The translations under genes and the position numbers were made by a program. From the NCBI GenBank assembly GCA_964410905.1, contig CAYPIR010000002.1, positions 14,665 to 78,664 of the forward strand: DNA of 64,000 nt, in the 5' to 3' direction. Below, piece by piece: positions 11,301 to 19,139 of this stretch. The notes under the pieces are model-generated. The model saw only the letters and a list, made by a program, of their open reading frames with translations, had not been told where the DNA came from and ran no database searches. This DNA is from an uncultured bacterium. GTDB taxonomy: Bacteria; Omnitrophota; Omnitrophia; Omnitrophales; Aquincolibacteriaceae. Positions within the stretch are counted from its first letter, which is position 1; each line of letters opens with the position of its first letter.

Positions 11301-11562
11301 TCTGATGACAGTAGTTTCCACGGTGATAGGTTTTTCGCCGATGGCTTTTAGTTTTGGTCAAGCGAGCGATTTGTGGGCGCCTCTTGCGATGACAATTATA
11401 GGCGGGCTTATTAGCTCAACTATTCTGACGCTTTTTGTATTGCCGTGTATGATTCTGTCCATGGAGGATTTGAAGAAATTTTTAAAAGGGGAACTGGAAT
11501 GGAAAATTCCGCGTTGGTTTCGCTTTTCTTTTCCTAAAAAGGCTATTGAAAAACATTTGTAA
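8392..11562 (+). CDS. Second RND efflux permease in tandem (MdtC-like partner)
   Basis: 1056 aa, paralogous to the preceding permease (LSGLSLATGILVDTAIVILENI). Its start lies 2 nt after the upstream stop. The arrangement resembles heteromeric MdtBC pumps. Confidence 0.9.
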   Translation: MGLPSIALKRPVLTAVLFIGVIVIGFISLMRLKVELYQGQNQGIVSIVVRARGGLPSQDVEKMITKPIEEAVGTVSRMKSLYSSSREAESRVTMEFEPGTDMKFAALEVREKFARVKPLLPREIEKPVIANYDDAQSAVLVFAVTSESKTPEEIREMVDVKLKPVLSRIDGVASVEVYGGRERKILVELDRDKMVAYNISIERVMDVLGQSNINLLAGNVKSGRYDFAVRTMGAFMTVEEVGDIGVKATRQGSIISLREIGTIKDSYTEANDYARLNLDQNVTVYVKKASVANTLEVARDLNALLDYFEEEQKQDIKIVVVSDKADAIARAIGDVRTSLLIGLVLTMFVIYMFLRKVVLSLIILAVIPCSLVATFIFMAACNISINIMTLSGLSLATGILVDTAIVILENIFAHKEKGMKNLEAVHTGSEEIWLPLLASMTTTLVVFIPIVLSDKTIQLTYGGFAFTISVSLVCSFVSALMLIPILIRQFGLRDLQPENDNSSERFLRKLKEKYGEKIPKILAKRWMVIGSVSLICLFTGWMLSKTPIDWPSTFEENEFAIITFPLAGAQLDTNDEVMRRIEEILSKIPDVTLFSTTVSKDDLRLFVRLKPSRQRQYSKDEIMKLIDEEGNAAIKEIHNDFSLIVDEGGGSSESKKLIVNIYGQDGDELEKLAKEFANQMSKIDGLSNIVMTDLRKRPEYSLVVDKGKAAMYGLSVKSVADSMHAQVRGMRPTKFHEYSKGEEIETITRLQAIYRQKLEDLGQIFLETKENRPVAVSEIANFYPSVGPQTIDRKEKHRYVFVKGDVKRPIELVAADAKALIKNIKLPDDYYWRFGGGFDELMESKTELGFAVVLTVFLIYMVMACLYQSYVYPLLIMGTVPMSAIGVWLALSWPMIISKPWTWLGLPTEWIGWLPAPKPLSTQVFIGIILLAGYVVNAGIILVDTLLRLDETKPMEERLIITCKERLRPILMTVVSTVIGFSPMAFSFGQASDLWAPLAMTIIGGLISSTILTLFVLPCMILSMEDLKKFLKGELEWKIPRWFRFSFPKKAIEKHL

Positions 11563-11670
11563 AAAATAAACTGCCGCGCAATGGCAAGAATTGGCTTGAT
11601 GTCGTTGCGTGGCTAAGCATAAGCAATACAGCAAACAACTTTATCAACTACATCGAACAGGAGATAAATT

Positions 11671-12144
11671 ATGGCAAACAAGAAAACTCTTCAACGCGAC
11701 CACAAGAGACAAGTAAAAAACATCATTATCCACAAGCCGATGCAGCGTGAGTTTTCGTTTATGCTCATAGCGCTATTCATGGTCGCATCTGCGGCTGTTG
11801 CGTGGGTAATTCATCAAACTATTCGCGACGCGGCATTTGGCGGAGGGTTTGCTTTTGGGAAAATTAATCCGATAGAAGTTTTATCAGATGTGAGTTATCA
11901 GCTTATTATCCGAGTTACGCTTGTTCTTATCGCGACGCTCTTGATAGTGGGTGCCTACGGCGTTGTTTTTTTGCATCGAGTTGCAGGCCCTGTATATCGT
12001 TTCCGCAATACGCTTATTCGTTTTAACCGAGGAGAAAGTCCGACAGATATTAAGCTTCGCGAAGGAGATTTTTTTCACGATATGGCGGATGAGATTAACA
12101 TAGTGTTGCGAAATGCATGCGATGGAAAACAAAAACAAGTATAA
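11671..12144 (+). CDS. Small membrane protein with stand-alone HAMP-like domain
   Basis: Two predicted TM helices followed by a HAMP-like segment HRVAGPVYRFRNTLIRFNRGE...GDFFHDMADEINIVLRNA. No output domain follows. Confidence 0.45.
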   Translation: MANKKTLQRDHKRQVKNIIIHKPMQREFSFMLIALFMVASAAVAWVIHQTIRDAAFGGGFAFGKINPIEVLSDVSYQLIIRVTLVLIATLLIVGAYGVVFLHRVAGPVYRFRNTLIRFNRGESPTDIKLREGDFFHDMADEINIVLRNACDGKQKQV

Positions 12145-12180
12145 TTTCTTTTTAAAATTTAAAAAATTTAATACACCCTC

Positions 12181-12209
12181 TTGATTTTATTTTTTTATGA
12201 AGTTATACT
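12181..12209 (+). promoter_or_regulatory. Sigma70-like promoter: TTGATT, 17-bp spacer, TATACT
   Basis: -35 TTGATT at 12181-12186 and -10 TATACT at 12204-12209, separated by exactly 17 nt. Located about 55 nt upstream of the 12263 ATG. Confidence 0.35.
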
Positions 12210-12262
12210 TCCCGTCGACCCTCGCCAAGCAGTTCATATTTCACGAAAGGAGTAACACAAAA

Positions 12263-12868
12263 ATGAAGAAGTTTAATGTAAGTATGTTGGTTGTACTAGT
12301 TGCTTTGTTGTTTGTTGGTTTCGGCATTCAATCTTATGCTATCGCCGCGGACAACGAACTTGTAATTGCGGATTTTGATACAGGAGATAAGCCGAATAAT
12401 ATCGGCGGCGACTTTGGTGGATGGGACAAAGATCCTAATGATGACACACAAGGGACAAAGGTAACGTTTGAATCCGATGATAGCCAAGGAGATCCTTCCG
12501 GCTATTCAGTTAAATTGGCTTATGACGTTGATTCCCCAAACCCTGCTTATAATGGCTTCTGGATGAAATTGAACGGCGAGGATGGAACCCCTTATAATAC
12601 ATTGAACTTCTATGTAAAAGGTGATGAGGCTATCGGCTACACCAAGCGCTTCAAAATCGAACTCAAGGATATGGGCAACAAGCCTTCCGCTTATATCGTG
12701 AGCGGCGTAACTGGTGATTGGCAAAAAATCTCTATTCCATTTGAGAAGTTTCGCAGGATTGAAGATTGGAGTGCTTTGAACGAACTTGTTTTTGTGTTTG
12801 ATGACATTAACACGACACCAAAAATCGGCGCGATTTATTTGGATCAAATCACGCTTTCTCAAGAATAA
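12263..12868 (+). CDS. Secreted protein of unknown function (possible carbohydrate-binding beta-sandwich)
   Basis: RBS AAGGAG precedes the ATG. Signal peptide MKKFNVSMLVVLVALLFVGFGIQSYAIAA. The rest is D/G/N-rich. Terminated by a strong hairpin. Confidence 0.6.
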   Translation: MKKFNVSMLVVLVALLFVGFGIQSYAIAADNELVIADFDTGDKPNNIGGDFGGWDKDPNDDTQGTKVTFESDDSQGDPSGYSVKLAYDVDSPNPAYNGFWMKLNGEDGTPYNTLNFYVKGDEAIGYTKRFKIELKDMGNKPSAYIVSGVTGDWQKISIPFEKFRRIEDWSALNELVFVFDDINTTPKIGAIYLDQITLSQE

Positions 12869-12895
12869 TCCAAAGCAGCAGATTTAGTTTTTTTG

Positions 12896-12932
12896 AAAAC
12901 GCCTTCGCTTTAAAAGCGGAGGCGTTTTTTTT
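12896..12932 (+). terminator. Rho-independent terminator
   Basis: Hairpin AAACGCCTTCGC / GCGGAGGCGTTT followed by a T8 tract. Confidence 0.6.
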
Positions 12933-13035
12933 GTGCCTGCCTTCTGCTGTAGTCTGATTTCCTCTTATTTTTATAAGAAAAATGCCGATACTAGTAAGAG
13001 CGTAGTGTAAATATCCTTTTAAAAGTAGAGAACAT

Positions 13036-14442
13036 ATGAAAAAAATCCTTGTGGTTGATGATGATATTTTAATTTTAAGAGCTATAACCCAAGCTCTTTC
13101 CAACAATTTTTTTGAAGTTATGGAAGCGCAATCCGGCAGCGAAACGGAGCGTATTGTTTCTGAGAATTCTTTTGATCTCATAATCTTAGATGTCAAAATG
13201 CCCGGGCAAGATGGAATATCGACGCTTGAAAAATTGCGTAAAGAGAGAAATTTAACTCCAATTATTTTGCTTACTGGTTATGCGGACGATGAGGCTGTCT
13301 CTAAAGCGAAAAAATATGGAATAGATGCCTATTTTTTAAAACCATTTGAAATGGAAGACTTGATAAAACAAGTGGTTAAGAGCCTTTATCCAAAAGGCGA
13401 AGGCGATGAGACAATAGCCGCTGTTAGGATTATTCCGGAATGGGCAGTTAGGTATCGCTATGTTAGAAAAACAGCAAATCGTATTTTTTCTGTATTTCAC
13501 AAAGCGACGACGCTTTATTTTAGATGGTTACGACGTTTGCGGTTTAGAGTTTTGCGAGTGTTTATATTTTCTATATGGCGGCATTGGCTTGGGAAAGTTG
13601 ATGGTTTGGAAAATCTTATGTGGGATGAACCTTGCATCATCGCGTCGAATCATACGAGTTATTATGACTTTATGGTTTTGGCACCATTTTTGGGAAGACA
13701 AACAGTTTTTTTGGCGAGCAAAAGTCTTGACAAGCGCTCATTTGTCGGTTGGTTTATGAAGTTTGACACAATTATTTATGTGGATAGAGATAAACCAGGC
13801 TACAAATTTTTCAAAGAAATTATTAGGCAAATCAAACTTAAACGGATGATTGTAATTTATCCCGAAGGGACTCGTTCACGCTCGGGAAAAATGCTTGCGC
13901 CAAAACTTGGGTTTTTGAAACTCGCGATGATGTGTCGCGTGCCGATTATTCCTCTTGCCATGAAGGGGACTTATAATATTTTGCCACCGCACAAAAAAAT
14001 GCCGCGATTTACTAAATGCGATATTGAAATTGGAAAAAAAATAAGCCTCACCCCTTCTAACCCTTTTTTGCGGGATGTTTTCCTTAGAACTGCTAAATCA
14101 AAAAAATATTCCGATTTGACTGACGAAGGCTTAGAAGAAATAGGGTTTAGAATTATGAATGAGATTAGGAAAATGTCAGGACAAGATTGGGACGAAACGG
14201 CTGTTGAGCTTGCAAAAAAATATAATGTTTTGAATGTCAATGAACATAAAGCTGTTGTTCCGAAAGCATTGCGTGAAATGACAAAAGAAAGTTTCCCGCC
14301 TTTTAATGACACGGAAGGTAGTAAGCCGCTTATCGCAACGTCCATAAATGATTGTGCTAGAAAGGACAAATGTGGTGAAGTCGATTTGCCTTCCGGCATT
14401 CGCGCATTGGGCGTGAAAGCGAGAAAAATCAAAACTTCATAA
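13036..14442 (+). CDS. Response-regulator receiver domain fused to PlsC-type lysophospholipid acyltransferase
   Basis: N-terminal REC with all conserved residues present: DD (VVDDDILIL), phospho-Asp (DLIILDVKMPGQDG), T (LLTGY) and K (LKPF). C-terminal LPLAT motifs NHTSYYD (HX4D) and YPEGTRS. An amphipathic basic linker lies between the two domains. Confidence 0.8.
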   Translation: MKKILVVDDDILILRAITQALSNNFFEVMEAQSGSETERIVSENSFDLIILDVKMPGQDGISTLEKLRKERNLTPIILLTGYADDEAVSKAKKYGIDAYFLKPFEMEDLIKQVVKSLYPKGEGDETIAAVRIIPEWAVRYRYVRKTANRIFSVFHKATTLYFRWLRRLRFRVLRVFIFSIWRHWLGKVDGLENLMWDEPCIIASNHTSYYDFMVLAPFLGRQTVFLASKSLDKRSFVGWFMKFDTIIYVDRDKPGYKFFKEIIRQIKLKRMIVIYPEGTRSRSGKMLAPKLGFLKLAMMCRVPIIPLAMKGTYNILPPHKKMPRFTKCDIEIGKKISLTPSNPFLRDVFLRTAKSKKYSDLTDEGLEEIGFRIMNEIRKMSGQDWDETAVELAKKYNVLNVNEHKAVVPKALREMTKESFPPFNDTEGSKPLIATSINDCARKDKCGEVDLPSGIRALGVKARKIKTS

Positions 14443-14452
14443 AAGGAAGTTC

Positions 14453-15106
14453 GTGAAAAAAGCAGTTTTTTTTGACATAGACGGAACGCTCGTTTCCTGC
14501 CAAACACAAAAGGAGTTGGCGAACGCGATGTTTGATGCGCAAATGATAAGATCAATGCATTTGTTGCAGATATGGATTTGGTTCGCGGGATATTATTTAG
14601 GGTTTGTTAAAAGCACAACGGATATTCGTAAAAAATTTTATCATTTTTTTTCTTTTTTTGAAAAAGAGAAAATCGATTCGCTTTTATTAAGTACCTATGA
14701 GAATCGAATTCGTCCCCAAATAAGAAGAGCATTGGTGGATGTTGCTCGGAAATTGAAAGAACAAAACTATGTCGTTGTGGCGGTTTCTGGAACACTTCAG
14801 CAGTTTTGCGATTTTCTTAAAAGAGATTTGAATTTTGATGACGCTTTTGGAACGCGCCTACTGGAACAAAAAAAACGTTACGCGGGCGCTTGGGAAGGCG
14901 ACATATTGGAAGGGGAATTTAAAAGTCGTTTCATAGAAAATTACGCCAAAGAACATGATATTGATTTACGAAAAAGTATTTGTTATGCCGATAGTCATAC
15001 AGACATTAAAGCAATGAAACTTTTTGGTGAAGCAGTAGCGGTCAGACCCGACGCTAAATTAAAAAAAGTGGCAGAACTCAACCAATGGAGAATTATTGAT
15101 GAGTGA
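14453..15106 (+). CDS. HAD-superfamily subfamily IB hydrolase (SerB-like fold)
   Basis: GTG start with RBS AAAAGGAAG. HAD motif I FFDIDGTLV, a cap region, and a C-terminal D-containing motif (YADSHTDIKAM). Confidence 0.75.
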   Translation: MKKAVFFDIDGTLVSCQTQKELANAMFDAQMIRSMHLLQIWIWFAGYYLGFVKSTTDIRKKFYHFFSFFEKEKIDSLLLSTYENRIRPQIRRALVDVARKLKEQNYVVVAVSGTLQQFCDFLKRDLNFDDAFGTRLLEQKKRYAGAWEGDILEGEFKSRFIENYAKEHDIDLRKSICYADSHTDIKAMKLFGEAVAVRPDAKLKKVAELNQWRIIDE

Positions 15107-17402
15107 GTTTTTGAAAAATCAATACGCTATTTCCGCAATATTGACTTCTGTTACAACTTTTTTGTTGGCGGTAATTGTCTGGGGGAAAAATAACAAGCGA
15201 AAACTTAACAGAATTTATTTATTTTGGGCATGTTCTATAAGTTTTTGGGCTTTTTCGCTTTTTCTTAGCCTTTACGCAACTGATGCGAATACGGCTCTTG
15301 TTTTTTCAAAATTGTTGCATTTATGGGCAATTATATTGCCATCGGTTTACGTGCACTTTGTCTTGTCATTTCTTAAAGAAACTGAAAAGTTCAAAAAAAT
15401 TATAAATGTTTCTTATGGCGTAGCGCTATTTTTAATTCTTTGCAACTTCTCTCCTTGGTTTCTAAATGTTAGTTATCAAGAAGCATTCGATTTTTACGTT
15501 ACTAAACCTCTTATGCTTTATCCGATTCATATGGTTGTTTTTGCCGCTAGCGTTTTATTTGCCATTCTTCGCCTTTATGTAAGCTTCAGAAAAAGTAGCG
15601 GGCTTGAAAAAAAACAAATAGGAGTGTTCTTCTTTTCTTCCATCATAGGCTATTCGGGAGGCCTCACAAATTATCTAATTAATTATAATATTTCTATATT
15701 TCCACTTTATCCGTTTGGGAATTACACCATTTGTGTTTATGTCCTAATGATGGGATTTGGGATTTTGCGCTACAAACTTTTGGACATTCACATCATTATT
15801 AGACGGACATTTGTGTTTGCCGGATCGTTTATTTCTTTGTGGTTTATGGTCGCTTTGCTTACCATTCTTTTTAGAGATTATTTAGACCAATACATAAATG
15901 TAACGCCAAGGGTTTCTCGGGGCATTTCTATTTTGGTAGCTATGTTTTTATTTGATCCGCTGAGAAACTGGCTGACAAATTTTACTGATAAGTTTCTTTT
16001 TCAAAAGAAATATGATTATCACAAACTTTTAAAAGATGCTTCGCGTGGAATGTCGAATATTGAATCGCTAGAGCATCTTTTGGGACTTGTCGCGCATTTT
16101 ATTACGATGAAAATGCGAGTTAAAAATGTGGCGGCGCTTATGCTTTTGCATGGCACAACGGATAAATATGGTTTGGTATATCAACGAGGTTTTGAAAAGA
16201 AACAATTATCATTTTCATTGGACAAAAATGATGCGCTTATCAGATACTTGAACGAGCACAGAGAAGCTATTGACAAAGACATTGTTAAAGAAGATTTGGA
16301 ATCATCATTCATAACAACATTCGACTACAATGAAATTATAGGGAAAATGGATGAGTTGAGAGCGGGCTGCTGCATCCCGAGTTTTCTTGGGAAAGATTTG
16401 AAAAGTATTTTGTTTATAGGCTCCAAAAAGTCCGGAGAAGATTTTTCTTCTGAGGATTTAAGTCTTCTTTATACACTCGCGCAAGAATCGTCCATAGCTA
16501 TTGAAAACGCGCGGCTATATGATGAGGCTGTGAATAGGTCTCAAGAATTGCAAGGTATTAACGACAGGTTGGAAATTTCAAAACGTGATTTGGCGGAAGC
16601 TTTAAGAAAAGCGGAAATCGCGAATTGTCAATTGAAAGAAACACAAATGCAGCTTGTCCATGAGCAAAAAATGGCAACGCTTGGAAGACTGGCGGCGTCT
16701 GTCGGGCATGAAGTCAACAATCCTTTGACTATTCTTTCTATGAATGTTTCACGCGTGATTTTAAAGCATCGCAAAAGTGGAGATTTGAAAGTAGCGGACA
16801 TTTTGGAATATCTTAAAAATATGGAAAAAAGCATTGAACGAATAAAAGCGGTCGTAAACACTTTAACGGGACTTTTGAAGAAGTCAGAAAAAGGACAGTT
16901 TGAACCTCTGTCGCTCAAGTTGATTTTAGAAGAAACATTGCCATTAGTTCAGTATCAAACTTATTTGGATAATCTTTCAGGGACAGAAGTTGATTTGAAT
17001 GTGTCGGGCGGCGTTCCTCTTATTCGCGGAAATTTAGAACGGTTGCAGGAAGTTTTTTTAAATCTTTTTATAAATGCTTATCACGCCATGGAAGGGCGGT
17101 TGAATAGAAAAATTTGCGTAAAAGCGACCTTGGATCCGCAAGACGCAAATATGATAAGCATTCTTTTTACGGACAATGGTTCGGGAATGAGTCCTGAGAT
17201 TGCGAAAAAGGTTTTTAATTATGGATTTACGACAAAGGCTTCGGGCAAAGGTTCCGGGCTTGGGCTTTATATGTGTAAGTATATTATTGAACTGCACGGC
17301 GGCTCAATAAGTGTGGATACCAAGTTGGGCGAGGGCACAACTTTTGCTCTGAAATTACCCATCTGCACGGAAGAATCTCTTTTATCGCAAACGTCTGCGT
17401 AA
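15096..17402 (+). CDS. Sensor histidine kinase with about 8-9 TM N-terminal sensor domain
   Basis: The N-terminal third is a multi-pass membrane domain. HisKA H-box SVGHEVNNPLTIL. HATPase N/G boxes (NAYHAM, DNGSGM, GSGLGL). Overlaps the upstream gene by 11 nt. Confidence 0.85.
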   Translation: MMSEFLKNQYAISAILTSVTTFLLAVIVWGKNNKRKLNRIYLFWACSISFWAFSLFLSLYATDANTALVFSKLLHLWAIILPSVYVHFVLSFLKETEKFKKIINVSYGVALFLILCNFSPWFLNVSYQEAFDFYVTKPLMLYPIHMVVFAASVLFAILRLYVSFRKSSGLEKKQIGVFFFSSIIGYSGGLTNYLINYNISIFPLYPFGNYTICVYVLMMGFGILRYKLLDIHIIIRRTFVFAGSFISLWFMVALLTILFRDYLDQYINVTPRVSRGISILVAMFLFDPLRNWLTNFTDKFLFQKKYDYHKLLKDASRGMSNIESLEHLLGLVAHFITMKMRVKNVAALMLLHGTTDKYGLVYQRGFEKKQLSFSLDKNDALIRYLNEHREAIDKDIVKEDLESSFITTFDYNEIIGKMDELRAGCCIPSFLGKDLKSILFIGSKKSGEDFSSEDLSLLYTLAQESSIAIENARLYDEAVNRSQELQGINDRLEISKRDLAEALRKAEIANCQLKETQMQLVHEQKMATLGRLAASVGHEVNNPLTILSMNVSRVILKHRKSGDLKVADILEYLKNMEKSIERIKAVVNTLTGLLKKSEKGQFEPLSLKLILEETLPLVQYQTYLDNLSGTEVDLNVSGGVPLIRGNLERLQEVFLNLFINAYHAMEGRLNRKICVKATLDPQDANMISILFTDNGSGMSPEIAKKVFNYGFTTKASGKGSGLGLYMCKYIIELHGGSISVDTKLGEGTTFALKLPICTEESLLSQTSA

Positions 17403-17413
17403 AGGTGCGAAAA

Positions 17414-17776
17414 ATGAAAAAAATTTTAATTGTGGACGATGAGGTCGGGATACTTGAGGAAGTGAAAAGTTTTTTAGAAGAAGAAGGTTTTTCTGTTCAG
17501 TCTGCCGATACGGTGAAGGAAGGAATCGTGCAGTTAATTTCCTTCGCGCCTGATCTTGTTATAATTGACGGGAAGCTTCCGGACGGCTCTGGGGTTGATG
17601 TTTTGCGTTCTATTCGTGACCAATCTTTAGAAACAAAAGTTATTATTTCAACGGGTTATGTTGATCAGTCTTTTATCGATGAAACCAATGCTTTAAAAGT
17701 AAATCTTTTTTTGCAGAAACCTTATGACCTCGTGCGGCTTCTTGATGAAGTCCGAAGAGTTTTTGCGATGGAATAG
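17414..17776 (+). CDS. Single-domain response regulator (CheY-like receiver)
   Basis: ILIVDDEVGI, phospho-acceptor Asp in DLVIIDGKLPDGSG, conserved STGY and LQKPYD. Start chosen at the ATG with RBS AAAGGTG (an in-frame GTG lies 9 nt upstream). No output domain. Confidence 0.8.
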   Translation: MKKILIVDDEVGILEEVKSFLEEEGFSVQSADTVKEGIVQLISFAPDLVIIDGKLPDGSGVDVLRSIRDQSLETKVIISTGYVDQSFIDETNALKVNLFLQKPYDLVRLLDEVRRVFAME

Positions 17777-17832
17777 GGCAGGTATCGGGCTAAGTTTTTA
17801 AATATTAATTTGTTAGACGTTAGGAAAATAAA

Positions 17833-18372
17833 ATGAATTTTATAAAAACAACGATAGAAAATTTAATAGTGATTGAGCCGAAAGTTTTTAATGACGAGCG
17901 AGGCTTCTTTTATGAAAGTTATCAAAAGAGAATTTTTGAAGAAAATGGCATTTTAGATAATTTTGTTCAGGATAATGTTAGCCATTCCTCAAAAGGCGTT
18001 TTGCGTGGGCTGCATTTTCAACGACCGCCGCATGCTCAGTCAAAACTTGTCCGTGTTGTTCGCGGCTCGGTTTACGACGTGGCGGTTGATATTAGGCAAG
18101 GCTCAAAGACTTTCGGACAGCATTATGGGCTTGTTCTTTCAGCGGAAAACAAAAAGATGCTTTTCATTCCCAAAGGATTTGCGCACGGTTTTTGTGTTTT
18201 GGAAGATGAGACGGAGTTCGCTTATAAATGTTCTGATTTTTATTCGCCTAAAGATGAGACCGGAATATTATGGTCTGATCTAAACCTTGCGATTAAATGG
18301 CCTAAGCTGGATGTCCCGTTTATTCTCTCCGATAAAGATAAAAAATATCCTCCATTAAATGAAGCCATTTAA
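17833..18372 (+). CDS. rmlC: dTDP-4-dehydrorhamnose 3,5-epimerase
   Basis: MNFIKTTIENLIVIEPKVFNDERGFFYESY and the RGLHFQ/HGF segments are typical of RmlC cupin epimerases. Confidence 0.85.
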   Translation: MNFIKTTIENLIVIEPKVFNDERGFFYESYQKRIFEENGILDNFVQDNVSHSSKGVLRGLHFQRPPHAQSKLVRVVRGSVYDVAVDIRQGSKTFGQHYGLVLSAENKKMLFIPKGFAHGFCVLEDETEFAYKCSDFYSPKDETGILWSDLNLAIKWPKLDVPFILSDKDKKYPPLNEAI

Positions 18373-18763
18373 AAACCCCGCAGCTCTAACATTAGTTTTG
18401 TGCGCCTTATTTTTGCTGGGATGTTCCAAAATTGATTCCGATAATTTACAGTTGCGAATTTTTTTGAATTTTCCTTATGGCTATGAATTGACGCAAGGCG
18501 CTCCGCAGTCTTTGTCGTGGCAAATTGAAAGTGAGAACAATGAAAAACTTCCGCCTGCCCAAGATAAAAATTTTGATCCCTTTAAACGCCCTTATATATT
18601 GAGTGTTCCACTAAATGTGAAAATGAAAAGTTTGCGCCTAAAAGCAAAACTGTCGTATTGTGAGAGTAGAAATAAAACGTGTTTTCAAGATGATTTTGAC
18701 GCGGTTATTCTAGTGAATGAACTAAACAAAGATTTTATGTGGAATGTTGTTCCTGAGGAATAA
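18359..18763 (+). CDS. Putative lipoprotein, unknown function
   Basis: Lipobox-like LFLLGCSK after a hydrophobic leader. Overlaps the rmlC stop. No recognisable domain. Confidence 0.5.
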   Translation: MKPFKNPAALTLVLCALFLLGCSKIDSDNLQLRIFLNFPYGYELTQGAPQSLSWQIESENNEKLPPAQDKNFDPFKRPYILSVPLNVKMKSLRLKAKLSYCESRNKTCFQDDFDAVILVNELNKDFMWNVVPEE

Positions 18764-18994
18764 ATGAAGTATTCAATAAAAGTAAAAACTAATGCTAAGC
18801 AAAATGAAGTTAAAGACGATGGAAGCGGTGCCTTGATTGTTTCCGTAAAAACACCGCCCATTGAAGGCCGAGCGAATACGGCGGTAATAGAAACTCTCGC
18901 AAAATATTTTGGTGTTTCCAAACGCAATGTAGCTATAGTCAGCGGCTTTAAAAGCAAATTAAAGTTGATCCGCGTCGGTTGCTGTGATTGTTAA
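18764..18994 (+). CDS. DUF167 (YggU-like) family protein
   Basis: KVKTNAKQNEVK...IVSVKTPPIEGRANTAVIETLAKYFGV resembles the YggU/DUF167 fold family. ATG directly abuts the upstream stop. Confidence 0.65.
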   Translation: MKYSIKVKTNAKQNEVKDDGSGALIVSVKTPPIEGRANTAVIETLAKYFGVSKRNVAIVSGFKSKLKLIRVGCCDC

Positions 18995-19139
18995 TGTTTG
19001 TTTGAATTTGTTTCCCCGTGTTTAATACGTTGTTTATATAAAGATATTTGAAGTCGTCCTTGCCTTGCTAATCCATAAAAATGTGCTACTGTTTAGCCGT
19101 ATCGATTAATCAAAATTTGTTAGGAAAAGGAGTGTTCTT

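Noticed and set aside
13971-14555. 194-aa minus-strand ORF spanning the 3' end of the REC-PlsC gene and the start of the HAD gene.
   Set aside because: It is antisense to two well-supported genes that both carry canonical catalytic motifs in the sense frames. There is no start context.
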